From positions 1 to 42,509 of the IMG/VR virus record IMGVR_UViG_3300018080_000053: a DNA stretch of 42,509 bases. The stretch is one strand, 5' to 3'. The notes beneath the pieces are model-generated. The model did not search any database, had not been told where the DNA came from, and saw only the letters and a list, made by a program, of their open reading frames with translations. Of the stretch, positions 9,545-18,086 are shown piece by piece; position 1 is the first letter of the stretch, and every line of letters begins with the position of its first letter. This DNA is from a virus. The position numbers and the translations under genes were made by a program.

Positions 9545-10011
9545 TTTGCGGGTCCCCAGGTAATCGATCGTCTCAAAGTACCTGAGTCAATGAGCGGGTT
9601 TGCTTTTCCCTTTTTCCGCTCAATGGTCAAGGGAGAATTCGGGGGACTTGTCAAGGTTGTGATCGTGTTTTGAATATCCGCGGCAACTTTTGCCCCGATT
9701 TGACCGATCGCTTTGGTTGCTGTGAAACGCCTTGCAAGGACCTCCCTCAATGCTGCTTTGAATGCAGCCTTGTAAACCATTTTCTCAGCTTTGAGAGTTG
9801 ACCTCAGAAAAGATCTGGCGGGGATCCGCTTTGTTCCAAACTCATTCCAAAAAGCGATCTCAGCGATCGTTGCTCCATACTCAGAATTAGGATGCTCCCC
9901 TTGACCTCTGAGGATCCCGACCTTGATCGCAGCGTCTTTGACATTGTCAACAACACCGGATAACCCGGGACCCTTTGTGATCCTTTTGAGCTTTGCACCG
10001 GATTGAGTCAT
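9541..10011 (-). CDS. HK97 gp10-like head-tail joining protein
   Basis: I moved the start to ATG 10011, which forms an ATGA overlap with the upstream stop. The motif IAFWNEFGTKRIPARSFLR matches the NEFGT..IPARPF signature of the HK97 gp10 family. Confidence 0.6.
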   Translation of the reverse strand: MTQSGAKLKRITKGPGLSGVVDNVKDAAIKVGILRGQGEHPNSEYGATIAEIAFWNEFGTKRIPARSFLRSTLKAEKMVYKAAFKAALREVLARRFTATKAIGQIGAKVAADIQNTITTLTSPPNSPLTIERKKGKANPLIDSGTLRRSITWGPAK

Positions 10012-10385
10012 TGAGCAACCGCAACAATTCCCATTCCAACGCTCAAGGCCAATCGCCAATATTCAGCCCCATACGAGGTTGACAAATAGAAATCCTCAGT
10101 TGACCCATTGCTTGCCGCGTTGTTGAATGAGACAGAAACCGATCCCACTGTCCTTGAGGCAACCTTGCCTGACAAGGCACTCCCCGATCCTGCAGCCGCA
10201 GTGTTTTTGTTTGCTATGACGAGCAAATGAGCGGCAAGCGCTGACAAGCCCCGATCGTACAAGTCACCCCAGCGAGATTCACTAACCTCAAGCATAGCAT
10301 CATTGATAAAAATCTGAATTCGAGCGTCAGACTCAGAATCAAACTCAGGATACCGGGCCTTGAAAGTTGCTGGGGTGACTGTCAC
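10008..10385 (-). CDS. DUF4054-like head-tail adaptor
   Basis: 125 aa. The N-terminus TPATFKARYPEFDSESDARIQIFINDA...LAAHLL is the pattern remembered for DUF4054 connector proteins. Confidence 0.6.
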   Translation of the reverse strand: MTVTPATFKARYPEFDSESDARIQIFINDAMLEVSESRWGDLYDRGLSALAAHLLVIANKNTAAAGSGSALSGKVASRTVGSVSVSFNNAASNGSTEDFYLSTSYGAEYWRLALSVGMGIVAVAQ

Positions 10386-10393
10386 GATTTACC

Positions 10394-10744
10394 TCAAAAC
10401 TTGCCGGGCTTCTTCTTTGCCTTGCTCTTGCGCTTCTTTTTGGGCTTGTCCTCAGGCTCAGGAGTGGGCTCAGGAGCCTCCTCAGGCTCAGGAGTGGGCT
10501 CAGGAGCCTCCTCAGGCTCAGGAGTGGGCTCAGCGGGGGCAATAGTGGGAGAGGCGTTGACAACAAAGGTCCCGTTGTCTTGCAAGGTCTGAACATACTT
10601 GAGGCGAGAGGCTGCAACAACCTCCTCATCATTGAGGTCAACATTGAGCCCGGGCATAACCTTGAGGATCCGGGTTTCCCCGGAAATTCTCACGGCAATG
10701 CTATACTTTCTCGCTGAATTGTTGTTGATGCTCGCCATACTCAA
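10394..10744 (-). CDS. Hypothetical virion-module protein with (EPTPEPEEAP)x3 repeat and Lys-rich tail PKKKRKSKAKKKPGKF
   Basis: 116-aa ORF with an ATGA-type overlap to the capsid gene stop. It contains a 30-nt tandem DNA repeat. The overlapping ORFs in other frames are repeat artefacts. Confidence 0.65.
   Translation of the reverse strand: MSMASINNNSARKYSIAVRISGETRILKVMPGLNVDLNDEEVVAASRLKYVQTLQDNGTFVVNASPTIAPAEPTPEPEEAPEPTPEPEEAPEPTPEPEDKPKKKRKSKAKKKPGKF
10421..10444. repeat. 24-nt perfect inverted repeat, partner of 31851..31874
   Basis: cttgctcttgcgcttctttttggg is the reverse complement of cccaaaaagaagcgcaagagcaag. Confidence 0.9.
10450..10533. repeat. 30-nt tandem repeat, 2.8 copies (encodes EPTPEPEEAP on the minus strand)
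   Basis: cctcaggctcaggagtgggctcaggagcct is repeated head to tail. Confidence 0.9.
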
Positions 10745-11685
10745 ACCTCCTCAAGTATGAACATTGAAACCGGGTAATAGATATTGAGTCCCCCGGTTTC
10801 AGCGGTTGCGGGAACCTCATATTCAAGGCCTCGCAATTGCTCCGGGTGAAACATAATATCCTGGGGGAGCTCAAATTGTACCATGTCAGGATTCCTCTCA
10901 AGGAAAACCGCCACGTCAACTCCCCCGCTCCCAGCTCCCTTGAGCTCATTGATTGCCACGATCTGATCAAGAGAGGTCAGATACGGGGAATTTTTGACAA
11001 GGAATCCACCGATCGTCATATCGGAATCTGCGGACATCGGAGTTTCCATGACAATCGACCACTGCTTGAGCGGGACTCCCAGCATATTGCCCCGGTGCCG
11101 TCCCTTGGAATCCTCGAAAATCTCACGGAAACCCCGATTGACATCAGCAAGAATCTCAAGAGGAGTCTTTGTATCCCACTCAGGATCGCCCCCCGTACCA
11201 TTGGGAGCATTGCCACTCGGGACATTGGGATCCGTGAAGAGACCCAAAAGGTTTGCCGAGGAGGATCCGAAAAATGCAATGTGATTGAGTCTCTCCTCAA
11301 TCGCTCTCCTGACCGCGTTTGCTCTCTTCTGATCAAGGGGAGTCCCAGTGATCCGGGCTTGATTGATCTCCTTTATGGAGTAGCCGAAAGCGGCGCCGAC
11401 TGTATGAACCGGGACAACCGTTTCACGACCCGCAATATCAACCCGGGGGAGGTCCTTTGCATAATGGTTGATGATTTTTGCCATACCAGCCTGATCATAG
11501 GTCCGGTAAGTGATCGAGGTGATCCCCGTTGGGGCCTCCTCAGAAATGGGGAACATTTTTGTGTAACCCAGATCAGCGTAAAGAACATCATAGGTCTTTG
11601 CCTTGATGAATTCGAGCTCACGCGCAAAAAAGGCTCCTCCAAGGGGAAGAGGCGCAGCGTCTTTGATATTCGTTTTCATTTTCAT
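10741..11685 (-). CDS. Major capsid protein (DUF2184 / encapsulin-like, HK97 fold)
   Basis: 314 aa. FARELEFIKAKTYDVLYADLGYTKMFPIS...TYRTYDQAGMAKII..YAKDLPRVD matches the remembered DUF2184 capsid family. It follows the DUF2213 and decoration genes as in that gene set. Confidence 0.8.
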   Translation of the reverse strand: MKMKTNIKDAAPLPLGGAFFARELEFIKAKTYDVLYADLGYTKMFPISEEAPTGITSITYRTYDQAGMAKIINHYAKDLPRVDIAGRETVVPVHTVGAAFGYSIKEINQARITGTPLDQKRANAVRRAIEERLNHIAFFGSSSANLLGLFTDPNVPSGNAPNGTGGDPEWDTKTPLEILADVNRGFREIFEDSKGRHRGNMLGVPLKQWSIVMETPMSADSDMTIGGFLVKNSPYLTSLDQIVAINELKGAGSGGVDVAVFLERNPDMVQFELPQDIMFHPEQLRGLEYEVPATAETGGLNIYYPVSMFILEEV

Positions 11686-11693
11686 TGCTCCTT

Positions 11694-12719
11694 TTAACCG
11701 CGGAATCCAATGGTAACAGCGGTGTCAGTCATCGGGGCTGGGGTTCCCCCTGCCGTATAGGTCCTTTCAACGGTGACCAAATCTCCCTTTGAAAAGGCGC
11801 TAGCAAGCGGATCGACGGCCGCGGCAACAACAGAAGTACCGGAAGCCTGATTGACGGTAATAGGAGTCACCAAACAAGTTGTCCCGCCAATTTTCACGTC
11901 AATTGACATCGATTCCCCCGCGCCCGCTCCGGTCAACGCTGCAGCATAAATGGTCTCAATCTGACCATCCTCAGTTGCAATGAAACCAACTGAGTTTGCA
12001 GTTGCCGCGGTGACTTGCTGATCGGTAATGTTCATCAACACTCGACCAAGCAAAGTCCACTGAGCACCATTCCAAATGATTTCATCTCCGGCAACAAAAC
12101 TCTGACCCGTGTTGGTTTTCGTGGGATCGTTGTCAGTGACATCAGCGCTGATTGCGTAACTCCAACCGGGCATAACCTCAGCGCTTGTCGGGAAATCTGC
12201 AGCTGCAGCAATCGCGCCCTTGTACACAACCGATCCCTCGGGATAACTTGACGCAACTGAGGACCCGATATGAATCAACGCGATCTGAGTATTCGAGGTC
12301 AAAGACTCTTCAAGAGTCCCATTGAGCGGAGTATCATCGACCCCGGGAACACCCGCGCTAATTTTCCCGTCATCGTTGGCATAATAGAGCGGATCTCCCG
12401 GTGAAGCCCCTGAGGAATCATATACAGTGACGTACATAAAACCTTGAATGAGAATAGCGCAATCGTCGCCAGCCTCATAATTGATAGCTCCACTTGCAAG
12501 AGTTTCTCTCCCAATATCTCGACCCGCGATCCCTAGGGGATTTCCATCTCCCCCCAAAAGACACTGATCGTCATTCGACCCGCGAGAAACGACCCGACCA
12601 AAATCAATGGCATTGTCTCCCGAAGCAATCTTTGTGATCACTGCTTTCGGGTTGATGTCCGCAAAAAGCCCGTCATAGGCAATGTCATGATTTACTTTGT
12701 ATGATGTCTGAGCGACCAT
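11694..12719 (-). CDS. Head decoration / cement-like protein (DUF2190-like N-terminal domain plus C-terminal extension)
   Basis: 341 aa. The N-terminal 120 aa (GD.AIDFGRVV...LGIAGRD...AILIQGFMYVTV...PGDPLYY) resemble capsid cement proteins. It lies immediately upstream of the capsid gene. Confidence 0.5.
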   Translation of the reverse strand: MVAQTSYKVNHDIAYDGLFADINPKAVITKIASGDNAIDFGRVVSRGSNDDQCLLGGDGNPLGIAGRDIGRETLASGAINYEAGDDCAILIQGFMYVTVYDSSGASPGDPLYYANDDGKISAGVPGVDDTPLNGTLEESLTSNTQIALIHIGSSVASSYPEGSVVYKGAIAAAADFPTSAEVMPGWSYAISADVTDNDPTKTNTGQSFVAGDEIIWNGAQWTLLGRVLMNITDQQVTAATANSVGFIATEDGQIETIYAAALTGAGAGESMSIDVKIGGTTCLVTPITVNQASGTSVVAAAVDPLASAFSKGDLVTVERTYTAGGTPAPMTDTAVTIGFRG

Positions 12720-12721
12720 TG

Positions 12722-13855
12722 TTATTCACTCCTCTTGTTTCGGCTAGCAAGCATCTTTTTCCGAGACTCATCAACCTTGTTGACAAGATCCTCGTCAAGT
12801 CCCTTGAGGTCATCCCCCAAAACGGTACTCTCACCGGGGAGACTCTGGGACAGCGTATCAAAAACCGCCTCAACATACTCATCCGATCTGTTGGTAAGAT
12901 CAAACTCACCCGGTTTTGCTTTCTCGATCGCAGTCTTGCGGATCTCATGATCCTTGAGACCCTTGACCTCAATCTTAGGGGAAAGCGCCTTTGCCTTGTT
13001 GATGAGATCGATCCGATTCTCAACAAGAGCGTCAAGCGCTGTCACGTCAAGCGCTTTTGCCTTTTCAGCGTCAAGCTCACCGGTCAATTTTTCAACTGAC
13101 TTTTTTGAATCGGTGAGCTCAGAGGTCAACTTTTCGATCGTATCCTGGGAGCTCTTGACCTCGTTTTGCAACTTGTCAATTGCCTCCCCAGCCTGATCGG
13201 TGACCTCGATTGTGATCCCGTCAATCATTCTGGTTGCCATTTTTTCGATCTCCTTTTTTCCTTTATCGTTTTGAGAGTCGCTCAGCCTTATTTCCGGGCC
13301 AGCTCTCCCCGCTTTGACCAGCGCAATGTGATTGACCAAAATATTTGTCTGAATACCGTCATAAAAACCCAGCTCAGGATCCTCCCCGCTTTGCCAAACA
13401 ACATCAGTTGCGTAGCCTAAAGAAATCTGATTGACCCCCTCTTTTTCGATTTTTTCGATCGCATCTTTTACTTGGAAAAGCAGATCAACCGCGATCGTGT
13501 CGCCGTCCCGCTTGACGGTCTCACGGGAAAACCCAACTTGAAGATCCTTGACGTTTGCCGCGGTGACAGCCTCTGACGGGTGACCGTCAGTAATCGGCTT
13601 ATTCACAACGCTTGCAAGAGTCTCGTCAGAAAAAACCTCTTTTTCAGGCCTGAGCAACCTGACAATGTTTCCCGGTTTCTGCTCAATATGAGCGGGGATC
13701 TCCCCTTTTTCGAAATCAAGGACTGCATCATAGGCCTGGATCCCGGTCCGAGCAACTCTCGCAGGAGCTGACAAATATCCCTCCCGCGTTTTTTTCCGTT
13801 TTGATAAAGTGCTGAGATCATACAAGATCATGGGAAACAGGCTCCTTTTAATCAT
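12722..13855 (-). CDS. DUF2213-like prohead protease/scaffold protein
   Basis: 377 aa. The N-terminus KTREGYLSAPARVARTGIQAY is the DUF2213 pattern. The C-terminal half is a Glu/Lys-rich coiled coil, as in scaffolds. Confidence 0.6.
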   Translation of the reverse strand: MIKRSLFPMILYDLSTLSKRKKTREGYLSAPARVARTGIQAYDAVLDFEKGEIPAHIEQKPGNIVRLLRPEKEVFSDETLASVVNKPITDGHPSEAVTAANVKDLQVGFSRETVKRDGDTIAVDLLFQVKDAIEKIEKEGVNQISLGYATDVVWQSGEDPELGFYDGIQTNILVNHIALVKAGRAGPEIRLSDSQNDKGKKEIEKMATRMIDGITIEVTDQAGEAIDKLQNEVKSSQDTIEKLTSELTDSKKSVEKLTGELDAEKAKALDVTALDALVENRIDLINKAKALSPKIEVKGLKDHEIRKTAIEKAKPGEFDLTNRSDEYVEAVFDTLSQSLPGESTVLGDDLKGLDEDLVNKVDESRKKMLASRNKRSE

Positions 13856-13894
13856 TCTAGGTCCGGTTTTCGGTTTTTGTCAACTGAATAGAGA

Positions 13895-14785
13895 TCAGAT
13901 CTGAGGCTCCCAACTCTTTTGAGCGCTAACCTCCCCCAACCATTTGGAAAATACAGGCTCAGCTACACAACGGCAATTAATGTCTTGACCCGGGTGACCG
14001 GTTGAGGGAGGCGGGGAGACCCATGAAAACGTTTTCCCGTTGTTGGCCTTGTGACTGGGTCTGACTGCGGAATCTCCAACAGTTCGCCAACGGTATTCTT
14101 TAATCCCTAAATCTTGTTGACGAAACTGATTGAGGTCTCCGGTGAGTTTATTCATTTGATCCCGGGCAATGAGTTTAGGTCTATATCGGGAGTTTGTTGA
14201 TTCAATTTGCTCAAGTCTCTCACGGATCGAAAAGAAATCATCTCCCCGGTTGATCCCCTCAGTGACTGCCTCTCTCACTTGCTCAAGGTATTGAGGTTGC
14301 AGGGTCTTTATTAACTCAACGTTTTTTTCGATTTTATCGAGCAACAAAGCCTCAATATTCTTGTCCCTGAGGATTGACCTGACATCAATCCCAGCAAGTT
14401 TGTTGATCTGAGAAACCCATTTCTTGCGGTGAAATTTTGCCCCTCTTGTGATCGAATTTCTAGCGATCCGCTTTGCGTATTTGTCTAATTTTTCGCTTTG
14501 TCCGTTGAGCTTTTGCTCAATATTCGAAAAAGCAAGAGCAAGCTCAATCCCTATGTCAACGTCAGTTGTGAGAGGCGAATATTGAGCCTCATAATCTCTC
14601 AAAATTGGGACAATTTGAACCCGGACAAAATCACTGATCTCCCGGGTCAATCTCCTCATTGCGATCACATATTCAGCGGTAATCGCTTTTGACGGTTCTA
14701 TCGGTTTATATCGCTTGAGCGATCGGGATTTTTGAGCCCGGTGCTTTGCTATGTTGTTGATCTGAGATTGAGTGAGGGTTGTCAT
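13895..14785 (-). CDS. Head morphogenesis protein, Mu gpF / SPP1 gp7 family
   Basis: 296 aa directly after the portal gene. The C-terminal motif WRTVGDSAVRPSHKANNGK...GHPGQDINCRCVAEPV is the MuF signature. Confidence 0.8.
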   Translation of the reverse strand: MTTLTQSQINNIAKHRAQKSRSLKRYKPIEPSKAITAEYVIAMRRLTREISDFVRVQIVPILRDYEAQYSPLTTDVDIGIELALAFSNIEQKLNGQSEKLDKYAKRIARNSITRGAKFHRKKWVSQINKLAGIDVRSILRDKNIEALLLDKIEKNVELIKTLQPQYLEQVREAVTEGINRGDDFFSIRERLEQIESTNSRYRPKLIARDQMNKLTGDLNQFRQQDLGIKEYRWRTVGDSAVRPSHKANNGKTFSWVSPPPSTGHPGQDINCRCVAEPVFSKWLGEVSAQKSWEPQI

Positions 14786-16170
14786 TGATCCTCATCCTCA
14801 GGAGTTTCCTCAGGCTCATCCTCAAGAGTTTCCTCAGGCTCATCAACGGGAAGCTGGGGAGGGGGCTCAACGGGCTCAATTTCTCCCTCAAGATCATCCC
14901 TCTCAATTGCCTCAAGAGTCTCAATCCACTCATCCGAAATAGGATAAACCCCGTCCTCTTTGAGCTGAGCGGTGACAATCGAACTAGTCACGTTACCCAT
15001 TTCAATATTATTCTTGTCCCGCTGAGAATTTTTGAGATCAATGTCAGCCTTTTCGGTGTCAGTCATTTGCCAAAGAGAATTAAACTCATATGACCAATCA
15101 TCGGGCATATATCCCAGCGTTGACCTAACCCATATCTGATCAAGATAATCAAGATGAGGACCGAATTTGTTGATCTGATTACTATTAACCATATCGTAAT
15201 ATTGCCGCGTTTGCTCTTGCCCAGTTGAGTTGAGGCCCGGAGCACTCTCCCCCAACAATCGAGTTGCCGGTATATCGGCTGCAGCCGCGGCAATATTGAG
15301 AAATCTGAGCATGAGATCCGAAAGTCCCGAAAATTGGAGTTGCTTTTGCTCAAAAGACTCCTCATCAGCGTCAATGAGTAACATGTTATTGAGGCTCTTG
15401 ATCGTGTCACCGTTGATGAAACGATTAATGATCGCGGTTTCTCCCCCGGGGGTTGAGAGCTGATGAAACAGTTTCTTGACTGCGATGACATCGATCTTGC
15501 TCTCATATACAAGGGAATTGACTGATTGAGCGGTTGAGGAGGCGTTGACAACCGCATCATATACCCTCTGAATAATCGATTGTCCCCAATATTGTTCACG
15601 TTGTTTCTCTCGCCACGGGAGAGGGAGTCCCTCAAAGTGCAAGACCCGCGAAAAATGGATCGCGTTTCTCCCTCCCTGCAGGAAATAGGCCTGAGGTTTC
15701 CTGAAATCGGGTTGACTTGGATCGGTTGTATTCACGACCCCCGGGATCAGATCGTGCCGATCAACAACTAGGAGATACTTGAGCGATCCCTTTTTGACTC
15801 GACTGAGATCTAAAGGCTCAGCCATCTCCCCAGCCCCGTCAACCCCGATTATAATCCCAGCTCCCCCGTACAATCGAGCCCAGCGCTCAACCTCTGAAAA
15901 TGAAGCCTTGATCTTGAAATCCTTTTCAGCGTTTTTCAAGTCGTCAAGTTGATCAGGAGACAATGAGGAGGCAGAAAACGATCGCCATTTTCTGACCATA
16001 TCATCAACGGTGACATCAATGATTTTTCCTGCTAACCAATCCTCTCGATAGATCGTGCTGAGCTCGTTTTCACCGAATTTCTTTGACTCAAATTGAGTAT
16101 AGGATCTCTTGTCTTTTGCGGTCCCCAGGTTGGCAACTAGGTTGACAAGCCCGTCAATTATTTTGCTCAT
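14782..16170 (-). CDS. Portal protein (DUF1073 type) with acidic repeat C-terminus
   Basis: 462 aa. It is followed by MuF and has the DUF1073-like N-terminus (LGTAKDKRSYTQF). The C-terminus is DEPEETLEDEPEETPEDEDQ. Confidence 0.8.
   Translation of the reverse strand: MSKIIDGLVNLVANLGTAKDKRSYTQFESKKFGENELSTIYREDWLAGKIIDVTVDDMVRKWRSFSASSLSPDQLDDLKNAEKDFKIKASFSEVERWARLYGGAGIIIGVDGAGEMAEPLDLSRVKKGSLKYLLVVDRHDLIPGVVNTTDPSQPDFRKPQAYFLQGGRNAIHFSRVLHFEGLPLPWREKQREQYWGQSIIQRVYDAVVNASSTAQSVNSLVYESKIDVIAVKKLFHQLSTPGGETAIINRFINGDTIKSLNNMLLIDADEESFEQKQLQFSGLSDLMLRFLNIAAAAADIPATRLLGESAPGLNSTGQEQTRQYYDMVNSNQINKFGPHLDYLDQIWVRSTLGYMPDDWSYEFNSLWQMTDTEKADIDLKNSQRDKNNIEMGNVTSSIVTAQLKEDGVYPISDEWIETLEAIERDDLEGEIEPVEPPPQLPVDEPEETLEDEPEETPEDEDQ
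14803..14844. repeat. 18-mer agtttcctcaggctcatc repeated with a 24-nt period (portal acidic tail)
   Basis: The copies are at 14803..14820 and 14827..14844. Confidence 0.85.
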
Positions 16171-16499
16171 TTTTTCCCTTTTCCCTCAATCATGTCAAAC
16201 ACGGGACCCACTATCATGGGTCCAAAAACGGGATAACCCCCTATACATTTCTTGATCTCGGCAACCTCAGTAACTGAAAACTCGGTTGCGATGTCAGCTC
16301 CCTTGATCTTGGTTGCGAGCTCATAGCGCTCATATTTCTCTTGCTCAGTCAATGAACACCCGGCTTGAGCGGTTGTCCCTTGCATCAATACTGCAGTCAT
16401 ACAAATTGTGCGAAGTGTAACCGGATCATCATTGTCAGGAGAGAGCTTGACCTTGCCTCCCAAAATCGTTTTGATTTCTTTGTCCCATGAAAAATGCAT
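16167..16499 (-). CDS. Hypothetical protein (accessory insert between terminase and portal)
   Basis: 110-aa ORF with an ATGA overlap to the portal start. No motif recognised. Confidence 0.55.
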   Translation of the reverse strand: MHFSWDKEIKTILGGKVKLSPDNDDPVTLRTICMTAVLMQGTTAQAGCSLTEQEKYERYELATKIKGADIATEFSVTEVAEIKKCIGGYPVFGPMIVGPVFDMIEGKGKK

Positions 16500-16527
16500 T
16501 TAGCGGGTCCTTTCTCTTTGTCTTTGG

Positions 16528-16845
16528 TCAACCGAATTGACTTGTGAGTTTTTCCTTGATGTCTGAGAGGAAATACACAACCTCAGGCATTGCCTCAAGA
16601 GCGATCATGAGCGCTGAGCGGGAGGCGTTTGCTGCGGTCATATCAGCGACAATCAAAACCATATGACTATGAAAGCAAAACGGCATTGCGAAATTTTCAG
16701 GATCCTCGATACACCCGTTCTTTGTAAAACTCCCCTCAGCTTGACCGCTGATGAATGAAGCAAGCTGAGCCTCAAGAGCCTCCCGATCGCTCAACTGCGA
16801 GAGCTTGAATTTAATATCAAGCTCATAAATCAAATTGGTATCCAT
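16528..16845 (-). CDS. Hypothetical protein, tandem paralog B
   Basis: I set the start to ATG 16845 (MDTNLIYELDIKFKL...). It shares MDT..., FKL, AEGSF, VADM.A, ALxxMPEV with 16859..17173, and is preceded by the same 21-nt junction/RBS block. Confidence 0.65.
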   Translation of the reverse strand: MDTNLIYELDIKFKLSQLSDREALEAQLASFISGQAEGSFTKNGCIEDPENFAMPFCFHSHMVLIVADMTAANASRSALMIALEAMPEVVYFLSDIKEKLTSQFG

Positions 16846-16858
16846 TGTCTGATCTCCT

Positions 16859-17173
16859 TTATACGGTTGGGGAAGCGTTGATCTCAACCATGTTGAATTC
16901 ATAGTTGAGGACCTCAGGCATTGAGGCAAGAGCACTCAGGATCTCAGTCCTTGCACTGACAACCGCTGACATGTCAGCAACAACAATTGTCATGTCAGTA
17001 TCAAAGAGAAACTCTTTTTTCTTTTTCGAGATCTCACGAAAAACGTTGTCAGCAAATGATCCCTCAGCCTGAGTCTTGAGAAAATCATCAATATCTTTTT
17101 CAGCCTTTGTCCGCTCACCCTTGTTTTTGAGCTTGAACCGAATAACGATCCCCAAACTGATCTGAGTGTCCAT
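16859..17173 (-). CDS. Hypothetical protein, tandem paralog A
   Basis: 104 aa (MDTQISLGIVIRFKL...AEGSF...VVADMSAV...ALASMPEV). See paralog B. Confidence 0.65.
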   Translation of the reverse strand: MDTQISLGIVIRFKLKNKGERTKAEKDIDDFLKTQAEGSFADNVFREISKKKKEFLFDTDMTIVVADMSAVVSARTEILSALASMPEVLNYEFNMVEINASPTV

Positions 17174-17186
17174 TGTCTGATCTCCT

Positions 17187-18086
17187 TTAGCCTACCATAA
17201 AGCGGCGGTTAACCCCCGCAACCGGTATTGTGACAAAGCCTAAATTTGTGATCGGAGAGGCTGTGTATGCAGCTCCCGCAAGATTAATATTGTTGACTCC
17301 ACCCAAGTTGAGGGTCCCGAAAAGAGATTCGATCACGCCAGCGGTCCCGGTATGAGTCATTTTAACACAGCGATTCGGGAGGGTAACCGGGTTTTGGCCA
17401 GAAAAAATATAAAAAGTAGGAGTGAGATCAACTCCCCTCCCGTGATCGGTGTTATATCGGGGGACTGACGTTAAGATCACGTTATTTCTCTCAGCGAACA
17501 TATGAAGCCCCTGAGTAACATTCTTGAACCCATAGAAACCCGCAGCGCTGATCCCCGTGAGATCCCAAAAAACAAAAAACAGATTAGGATCAATAACTGA
17601 GTTGCCTGTTAGCGTCAGATCTCCCAGTGTTGTTGCTCCCAACACATTAAGGGATCCGACTTGAGCAAGCCCCCCAACCTCAGCGATCCCGCTGATAAAA
17701 AAGTCTTGCTCACTGAGGCTGAGCAATGGGATCCCGGTCCCGACTCTCGAAAATCCTCCGATGTCAGGGACAAGGAAAATGTCACCCCCCGCGGTTGAGC
17801 GGATTGCTCCCCCTCCCTCAAGGGTAAAATCCCCCGGAGTTGAGGGATCTGCAAAAAAGGCCTCAGCAATCCCAATATGAGTATCGATCTCAGCGTGGGT
17901 CTTGACCCCAATGTCACTCAAGTTGAGGTGAGAGAGGGTCCCAATGAGCTTTGCAACGTCAACCTCGTCATATCCTCCCTCCTCATGAGACTCCGCATGA
18001 GGAGGAAAAGGAAAATCTTGCTCATTGCCCGGGAGGATCGTTTGACTCTCCCGTAATACCTGAACATGCTCTTTGATGTTGCTCAT
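17187..18086 (-). CDS. Hypothetical Gly-rich, fibre-like protein
   Basis: 299-aa ORF with an ATGA overlap to the terL stop. It has the motif LSHLNLSDIGVKTHAEIDTHI followed by Gly-rich, beta-like segments. Function not assignable. Confidence 0.55.
   Translation of the reverse strand: MSNIKEHVQVLRESQTILPGNEQDFPFPPHAESHEEGGYDEVDVAKLIGTLSHLNLSDIGVKTHAEIDTHIGIAEAFFADPSTPGDFTLEGGGAIRSTAGGDIFLVPDIGGFSRVGTGIPLLSLSEQDFFISGIAEVGGLAQVGSLNVLGATTLGDLTLTGNSVIDPNLFFVFWDLTGISAAGFYGFKNVTQGLHMFAERNNVILTSVPRYNTDHGRGVDLTPTFYIFSGQNPVTLPNRCVKMTHTGTAGVIESLFGTLNLGGVNNINLAGAAYTASPITNLGFVTIPVAGVNRRFMVG

Noticed and set aside
10837-11697. 286-aa plus-strand ORF fully antisense to the major capsid gene
   Set aside because: It is strikingly long, but its composition is Arg/Ser/Leu/Cys-rich and antisense-like. 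It has no SD and lies inside a recognisable capsid gene. I treat it as a by-product of codon bias. The same reasoning applies to 7285..7848(+) in the sheath gene, 12701..13099(+), 15063..15635(-) and the many ORFs antisense to the tape measure.
13856-13894. TTGACA-18-TAGAAT promoter-like site on the minus strand between the MuF and DUF2213 genes
   Set aside because: The -10 overlaps the ATG of the downstream gene, so a transcript would start inside the coding sequence. It is probably fortuitous, or at best an internal promoter for distal genes.
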